A stretch of 32,000 nucleotides of DNA. Source: Promethearchaeota archaeon (lineage in GTDB: Archaea; Asgardarchaeota; Thorarchaeia; Thorarchaeales; Thorarchaeaceae). A model generated the notes under the pieces. It had not been told where the DNA came from. It made no database searches and saw only the letters and a list, made by a program, of their open reading frames with translations. The stretch covers positions 30,990 to 62,989 of the forward strand of contig JALVPN010000110.1 of NCBI GenBank assembly GCA_027031765.1, in the 5' to 3' direction. Of this stretch, positions 26,673 through 32,000 are shown piece by piece (the stretch's first letter is position 1; every line of letters begins with the position of its first letter). The translations under genes were made by a program, and so were the position numbers.

Positions 26673-27581
26673 TACCCCAGCCGCACGCCTTATCATGAGC
26701 GCCCAGAACGTGGACTCAAGTTCCAGTGCTCCGGGGCTGCGCTCACCCGTGTCTAGGGCCATGAAGTCACCACATATCCAGTAGCCCTGTGCCCGCTCTT
26801 CCAGCCACTCACTTGGGAACATGTACGTCCCCTGTTCGGTGCGGTACTCCTCCATTGTGTCAAGGAGGCCAATGAATGCGGGGCTCTCCCTGAAACTGGT
26901 GGAACTGGCCAGTATCTCCACCAACTGTAGTCCCCTCGGCTTGCCGTCTAGCAGCGCGCCGAGGGCACAGGGCGCCATTGTCGACACCCCCGCCTCCTCC
27001 GTACCGCCTGACAGCCCATCACAGATGCGTCCGACCAGTTGCTCGACGCCATCGCGCAGCTGAGGGCTCCCCATGATCTTCTCTGACCGCAGGAATGCAA
27101 GTATGTCGTAGAGCGTCAGGTGTGCGCCCCCCTGCGACAGCGCCACTTGCAGTTGCCGCTGCAGTATCTCGTCAACGCGCCAGATGTCTTGGTATCGGGC
27201 TATGCTCAGCATGTCCGCCACCAACACGGCTGTCGATGAGGTGGTCCTCCCGTCCCCTTCAGTCAGCCACACCCTGAACGGCAGCGTCAAGGTGTCAAAT
27301 GGCTGGAGACCACCCCTCATCCCGAGCTGTGCAAGCTTGCCCATCACATTCACAAACGCTGTGGGCTCATCGGAGGTGATGGCCTCCGCCCCGAATGCTG
27401 GCGTGACCCGTGAGAGCCACCTGCCTACCTCCTCGCTCCTCAAGAAGTTCCTGAGCACTGTCGTGACCACTCCGAGGTCCTGCTCGTGATAGAAGTCGAC
27501 AGTCATGCGGAAGCGGATTACCGGCCCCCCATTGTCTAGCAGCCACCTTGCGAGATCCCAGGGGTCTGTGATTCTGGCCAA
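26667..27581 (-). CDS. Hypothetical protein, possibly prenyltransferase/squalene-oxidase-repeat-like helical fold
   Basis: 304 aa with protein-like composition; N-terminal WLLDNGGPVIRFR resembles, from memory, starts of that uncharacterised group; unverified. Confidence 0.5.
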   Translation of the reverse strand: MARITDPWDLARWLLDNGGPVIRFRMTVDFYHEQDLGVVTTVLRNFLRSEEVGRWLSRVTPAFGAEAITSDEPTAFVNVMGKLAQLGMRGGLQPFDTLTLPFRVWLTEGDGRTTSSTAVLVADMLSIARYQDIWRVDEILQRQLQVALSQGGAHLTLYDILAFLRSEKIMGSPQLRDGVEQLVGRICDGLSGGTEEAGVSTMAPCALGALLDGKPRGLQLVEILASSTSFRESPAFIGLLDTMEEYRTEQGTYMFPSEWLEERAQGYWICGDFMALDTGERSPGALELESTFWALMIRRAAGVL

Positions 27582-27636
27582 TGTTGTTCACCAACTGTCA
27601 CACACGGCAGCAGTTAAGAGCGCTTCGTATACCGCC

Positions 27637-28344
27637 ATGATTGACATGAACGCCACTGAGGACCAGCTCGGGACAATACGCAGGCGCGTCCTCCGCGAGA
27701 TATACGAGCGACGGATGCTCCTGACCTCCGTACGTGACAGGCCCGAGGGCTGGACACTGGTGTCCGGTGTGTGGAGCCCGTTCTATTTCCAGCTCCGCCT
27801 CCTGAGCTCGTTCCCCGAGACCCTAAGACTGGTCGCCAAGGGCTTGGCGATGGTACTCCGCAATGCGGCACCACATGTAGACCGTCTTGTCGGCCTCGCC
27901 CATGCAGGTGTGCCCATTGCAACCGCGCTGTCCTTGGAGACCGGCATCCCGGCCTGCCATACACGGAAGCTGGCGGGTGTCCGTACTACTGAAGACCTCC
28001 GGGAGGCAATTGCAGCATACGGTGACCATGCCCTAGTAGAGGGCGCAATTGAGAGCGGCGAGTCGTTGTGCATTGTTGATGACCTGGTCACGGGCCTTGA
28101 GAGCAAGCTTGTGGCCCGCCAGATGGTCACGAGCGAGGCCGAACGTCGGGGCCTGCGTGATGTGCGATGTGATGACATACTCGTTGTCCTTGACCGTCAA
28201 CAGGGTGCGGACAACCGTGCAAGAGAGGCCGGCCTGCGCCTCCATGCCCTTGTCCGCTTGGTCGACGAGGGCCTGCCAATCCTCGAAGATGTGATGATGC
28301 CCGAGGAGTTTGCGGTAATCCGTGACTACCTCCTCGGTCCTTGA
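27637..28344 (+). CDS. pyrE: Orotate phosphoribosyltransferase-like (type I PRTase)
   Basis: LVSGVWSPFYFQLR, LVGLAHAGVPIATAL, PRPP-binding CIVDDLVTG, VVLDRQQG; ATG 27637 preferred. Confidence 0.8.
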   Translation: MIDMNATEDQLGTIRRRVLREIYERRMLLTSVRDRPEGWTLVSGVWSPFYFQLRLLSSFPETLRLVAKGLAMVLRNAAPHVDRLVGLAHAGVPIATALSLETGIPACHTRKLAGVRTTEDLREAIAAYGDHALVEGAIESGESLCIVDDLVTGLESKLVARQMVTSEAERRGLRDVRCDDILVVLDRQQGADNRAREAGLRLHALVRLVDEGLPILEDVMMPEEFAVIRDYLLGP

Positions 28345-28395
28345 ACGTCGCCCGGCCCGAAACCCCTTTCTGTCAGCACTCACTATCCCATATAC

Positions 28396-28851
28396 ATGAA
28401 CGCACGCGACGACCCAGTCAGAAAAATGCTCCGGGTTGCCCTGGGCACAATCCAACAACACCACTCCTTCTATCTCCGCGCTGCCAATGCTGCTATGACC
28501 CCACAGGTGAAAGCACTCCTCCTCGTCCTTGCAGAGTCCGAGGAGGAACTGACAGAGAAGATTAACGACATGCTGCTGAAAGGGATTGTCGAGGAGCTCA
28601 GCTCTGTCGTCCAGGTGGGCGGGGTGCAGGCCACCCCTGACAGTACACCCTTCGCACCAGAGCGACACGACACCGACCCGCGCATTTTCGTCTGCAACAA
28701 GGCACTTGAGCAGGAGGTCAGAGCATACTCGTTCTTCCTCTCTATTGCAGCACATGCCAAGTCGGAAGTGGTCAGCCACCTGTTCGAATACTTCGCCCAA
28801 GTGAAGGCAGAACAGATACGGCGCATCCGCCGCGTCTGCGAGTCCTTCTGA
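28396..28851 (+). CDS. Ferritin-like / rubrerythrin-family protein
   Basis: Two repeats of AL..E..AY.FY/F..A..A....K.L...LA..E pattern; four-helix bundle; some metal ligands look degenerate. Confidence 0.7.
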   Translation: MNARDDPVRKMLRVALGTIQQHHSFYLRAANAAMTPQVKALLLVLAESEEELTEKINDMLLKGIVEELSSVVQVGGVQATPDSTPFAPERHDTDPRIFVCNKALEQEVRAYSFFLSIAAHAKSEVVSHLFEYFAQVKAEQIRRIRRVCESF

Positions 28852-29034
28852 CCACCTATCTTGAACACGTGTTCTAACTTGCCGCAGCAGGGAGCCGCCA
28901 CTGCACGCAATACAAGCAATAACTTTATATATTTTTGATGATTTAAGATATGTGTGTGCCGGGAGGCGCGCGTGCCCTGGTGACTCCCCACTGGCTCCAT
29001 TGGAAACCATGGGGTGGGTGGGTGACACATCACC

Positions 29035-29448
29035 ATGGACTGCAACAGGAGACTCAACATGATGATAGAGGCCCTAGGTAGAGAGCAACCAGTGTTGATA
29101 CCCCCAGTGGTGCTTGATGACTACGACGAATTCTGTCGGTTTGCGAGGGACGCGGCGCTTGTGACGTACCGTGTTGAGCACTTCAACGGCCCCTTCACAG
29201 ACCACATGGGACGGGTTCGTCGTGTGGTGTTCTGTGCGGTTGGAGCCATGGTCAATGGTGTACCAATGACCTTCAAGTACGTCTTCGAGCCGTCGTACGA
29301 CGCATCTGCAGACTGGGATGCTGTCGTGTGTGCTGTGGACCGGGCGGTACGGACAGCCATCGCCGACCTCGGAGCACAGACGGACATGGTAAGGGGCACA
29401 GTCGAGTCGGGGGTTCCACTTGGTGCCGTGCTGAGTGCGCGGATATAG
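29035..29448 (+). CDS. Hypothetical protein
   Basis: 137 aa ORF after an AT-rich promoter-like stretch (about 28915-28950). Confidence 0.65.
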   Translation: MDCNRRLNMMIEALGREQPVLIPPVVLDDYDEFCRFARDAALVTYRVEHFNGPFTDHMGRVRRVVFCAVGAMVNGVPMTFKYVFEPSYDASADWDAVVCAVDRAVRTAIADLGAQTDMVRGTVESGVPLGAVLSARI

Positions 29449-30076
29449 TCTGTGTGCTCCCATGTTCGGGCAGTTTTGTTATGGTCCGACTCGCCTGTGT
29501 GCCCACGACCAACAGCATTATCTGTGTATGCAACATGTGTCCGAGTGGATTGCATTGATCCGTCCGGAACCGATTGAGTCCATCATCCCTCGTATTGTCC
29601 GGCAGTACGAAGAGGAGCCCCGGGGCTGGCACGTACTCAGCACGCCGTCCGGTGACTGGCTTGTGCTGGGCCCACATGAGGCATATCAGCTGCGACTAGT
29701 CCCGCTTGACCCCATGCGATATGTGGGTTCTGGGACTGCCATTGATGACGTTGACCGCGTCCTTGAGGCGACCCGGAGTGCACCCGAGTTTGGCCTGCGC
29801 CCCCTCAATGACAGTGACCTCCGCCGTCTGATGGCTGCCGCTGAAGGTGCCGTCGCCCTGTCCTCATCTGTCGAGTCTGTTCTTGGTCGGGCCCCCAGAA
29901 GGCCCACCGCGGTCTTTTCGTCCGATGTCCGCCACGTCCTGTCGGGCCCCGTATTGGTGCGTCCCGACCTGCGTTCCATGAGCCCGGCTTTCTCCGAGGT
30001 ACAGGAGCAGCTTGACAGGGCCGCTGTGGACATGTTCAGGACAAGGTTTCCGGAACGTGCTCGCATGTTCTTCTAA
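29435..30076 (+). CDS. Hypothetical protein; start uncertain, may be near 29528
   Basis: Protein-like from MQHVSEW onward; co-oriented with the upstream ORF. Confidence 0.7.
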   Translation: MRGYSLCAPMFGQFCYGPTRLCAHDQQHYLCMQHVSEWIALIRPEPIESIIPRIVRQYEEEPRGWHVLSTPSGDWLVLGPHEAYQLRLVPLDPMRYVGSGTAIDDVDRVLEATRSAPEFGLRPLNDSDLRRLMAAAEGAVALSSSVESVLGRAPRRPTAVFSSDVRHVLSGPVLVRPDLRSMSPAFSEVQEQLDRAAVDMFRTRFPERARMFF

Positions 30077-30458
30077 CCCACTCGCATGTCGTGTCATATA
30101 TTACTATCCCGATTCCTGCGACCCCTGTCATGCTCCGGCACGCACACACTGTCCCAGAGTTTGAAGAAGAAGTGGTGGGCCGCGCCGGATTTGTCGGCCA
30201 AGCCCCCGTACTGGGATCCTGTGAACCGGCGACCACCGCACTGTCAATGCGGTATCATAGCCGGGCTAGACCAGCGGCCCGTCGTAGTCCCCTCCTCCTG
30301 CGGGTGATTAAAAAGGTTGCGTCTTGGGGTCGGGTCAACTGACTTATGGTGATATGAAGGCAAGAACTGTTGGCCCTCCGATGTAACCGGGCCAGTGAAA
30401 TACTTGTCCAAGCTGAACAATGATGACCCATAGAAATACAGGGTGAGGGGTCGGGGGC

Positions 30459-31105
30459 ATGGGACACTTCACACCTGGAGATAGAGCGTTCTGGTTGTTC
30501 GTCGTAGTTGCCTTTGCATGGTCGTGGCTGTTCTGGACACCTCAGTTTCTATGGGACTTCTCTCCGTATGTCGCTCCGTTCGGCCCTTCTGTGGCTACTC
30601 TCCTTCTCACATACAAGAAGGGCCGGATGGGACGAAGAATCTACTGCGAAGAGGTGCGGACTTTCGTTTCATTAAAGTCTGGCGTGTGCCAGTCCTTCTA
30701 TTGATACCCATTGTGGGGTTCTCTCTCCTAGTGGCTGTTCCCAGTTGGAATCCGGCACCTGACATTGTAGTCCCGCCACAGTCATGGGTCTTCATACCGG
30801 TATTCCTCTACATCCTCTTTCTCAGTGTGCCTGTAGCGGAGGAGTTTGGTTGGAGAGGATATGCCCTCGACAGGTTGCAGACAAGGTACAGTGCTCTTGT
30901 ATACGGGTAGGAGCATACTATCTGTCCTCCTCCATACCAACCGGTAACCCAATACTTCATCTTCCCAATCGGCGGGACTGGCCTGAGCGGGCAATACTCG
31001 CTCATATTGAATGCAGTCGTTGTGCTGATTGTACTCACGATATGGGGGCCTAGAAGACTGCTCCGCACACAGAATGCCGAATCGGTTTCGTCTGACAGCG
31101 GATAG
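30459..31105 (+). pseudogene. CPBP family (CAAX/Abi) intramembrane metalloprotease pseudogene
   Basis: Frameshift near 30610; AEEFGWRGYAL motif intact; stop at 30908; internal deletion removes the W..WH motif; TGRSILSVLLH remnant in another frame; C-terminal TM ending IWGPRRL. Confidence 0.8.
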
Positions 31106-31359
31106 GTGCAGGACTAGAAGCCCTCCCAAACCGTTTCGGTAACCCCCCCGGAGGAGTTATCACCAACAGTAGCGGGCGAGCAGGACTGGTGCTGGCGGTC
31201 CTCCTCTGTGCCCACAACAGCGTGTCCACTGCCTGTCGCGGCACACCATGCCCAAGTATCACTCTTTGGGGCTGACGAGTGGCAGACCGAGCTCTCATGG
31301 CCCTGACTTGTGGTGTACATCACCACCGGACAGGTGTTGGTAGGGCCAGCTGCTACGGG

Positions 31360-32000
31360 TCAGGTGTACAGGGACAGGCCTGCCCTCGCATGTCTGGTCA
31401 AAATCCGCCTTACGAGTTGTCTCTTCAGTCTCTCGTACGTGTCGAGCTCAGCTATCATCTTGTACATTATGTCGCGGATGTACTCGTCCTCATATGCGAG
31501 CCTGAGGACGGTCTCCATGTTCTTCTCGCTCTTGAACACCAGTTTCGCTATGCTCTTCCCGACCTTGAGGTCGTCCATGAAGCGTTTCTTCCAGCGCCCC
31601 TCGTATTCACGGAGCAGCTTGGGGTCTTTCTCCCTGACAGCCCGGTTCAACACGTCGGCTGCAATGATTCCAGACTCAATGGCCATCGGAATCCCCTCCC
31701 CGGAGAATGGGTTCACAAACCCTGCTGCATCGCCCACCAAGAGTGCCCGTCCGACTACAGTCCTTTCTGCAGCCCCCGAGTATGGGAGTCGTGCGGCTGA
31801 GTCAGACACGATTTCTGGCTCGATGTCGTGCTCTTCCACAAAGCTCTCTAGCCACTTGTTGAAGTGCTGACGGATGTTCTGTGCCCTGTCCTGTCGACAC
31901 CCGGCTCCTAGGCTCAGGACACTCCTCTTTGGGAAGCACCAGACGTAGCCATAGGGTACGGGGCCGAAGAAGATGTCTATACTCACTCCTTCCCTGTCGA
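31360..32000 (-). CDS. Geranylgeranyl reductase family flavoprotein; 5'-truncated by window edge
   Basis: GYVWCFPK, LLVGDAAGFVNPFSGEGIPMAIESG. Confidence 0.88.
   Translation of the reverse strand, partial: DREGVSIDIFFGPVPYGYVWCFPKRSVLSLGAGCRQDRAQNIRQHFNKWLESFVEEHDIEPEIVSDSAARLPYSGAAERTVVGRALLVGDAAGFVNPFSGEGIPMAIESGIIAADVLNRAVREKDPKLLREYEGRWKKRFMDDLKVGKSIAKLVFKSEKNMETVLRLAYEDEYIRDIMYKMIAELDTYERLKRQLVRRILTRHARAGLSLYT

Overview
Archaeal core-genome window with mostly vertically inherited genes. Asgard, probably Thorarchaeia-like, is my inference from a eukaryote-type topoisomerase IB, FtsZ, archaeal ribosomal gene order and genomically encoded tRNA CCA ends; it is not proven. Two conserved archaeal clusters dominate, both on the minus strand: ftsZ-secE-spt5-rpl11-rpl1-rpl10-rpl12 and rnp4-yhbY-[insert]-rps19e-PDCD5-rpl39e-rpl31e-eif6-rpl18a-pfdA-ftsY. 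They are joined by argF and a PfkB kinase. The window also holds an MtaB-type methylthiotransferase, thiL, an HDAC-family enzyme, nep1, topo IB, arsC, pyrE and several hypotheticals. There are five tRNA genes. The strongest non-routine signals are: (1) tRNA-Arg(UCU) with two non-canonical bulge-helix-bulge (BHB) introns, in the D-loop (19/20) and T-loop (59/60); (2) tRNA-Thr(CGU) with a T-loop 59/60 intron; (3) an Spt5/NusG with a zinc finger of classical C2H2 spacing (CCHC ligands) inserted in its NGN domain; (4) a ~3.4 kb accessory insert splitting yhbY from rps19e, carrying a 2TM + Nudix-like gene broken at a G9 tract and a probable tnpB relic; (5) structured spacers near tRNA-Leu that may encode unknown ncRNAs. 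No CRISPR array or rRNA was seen.
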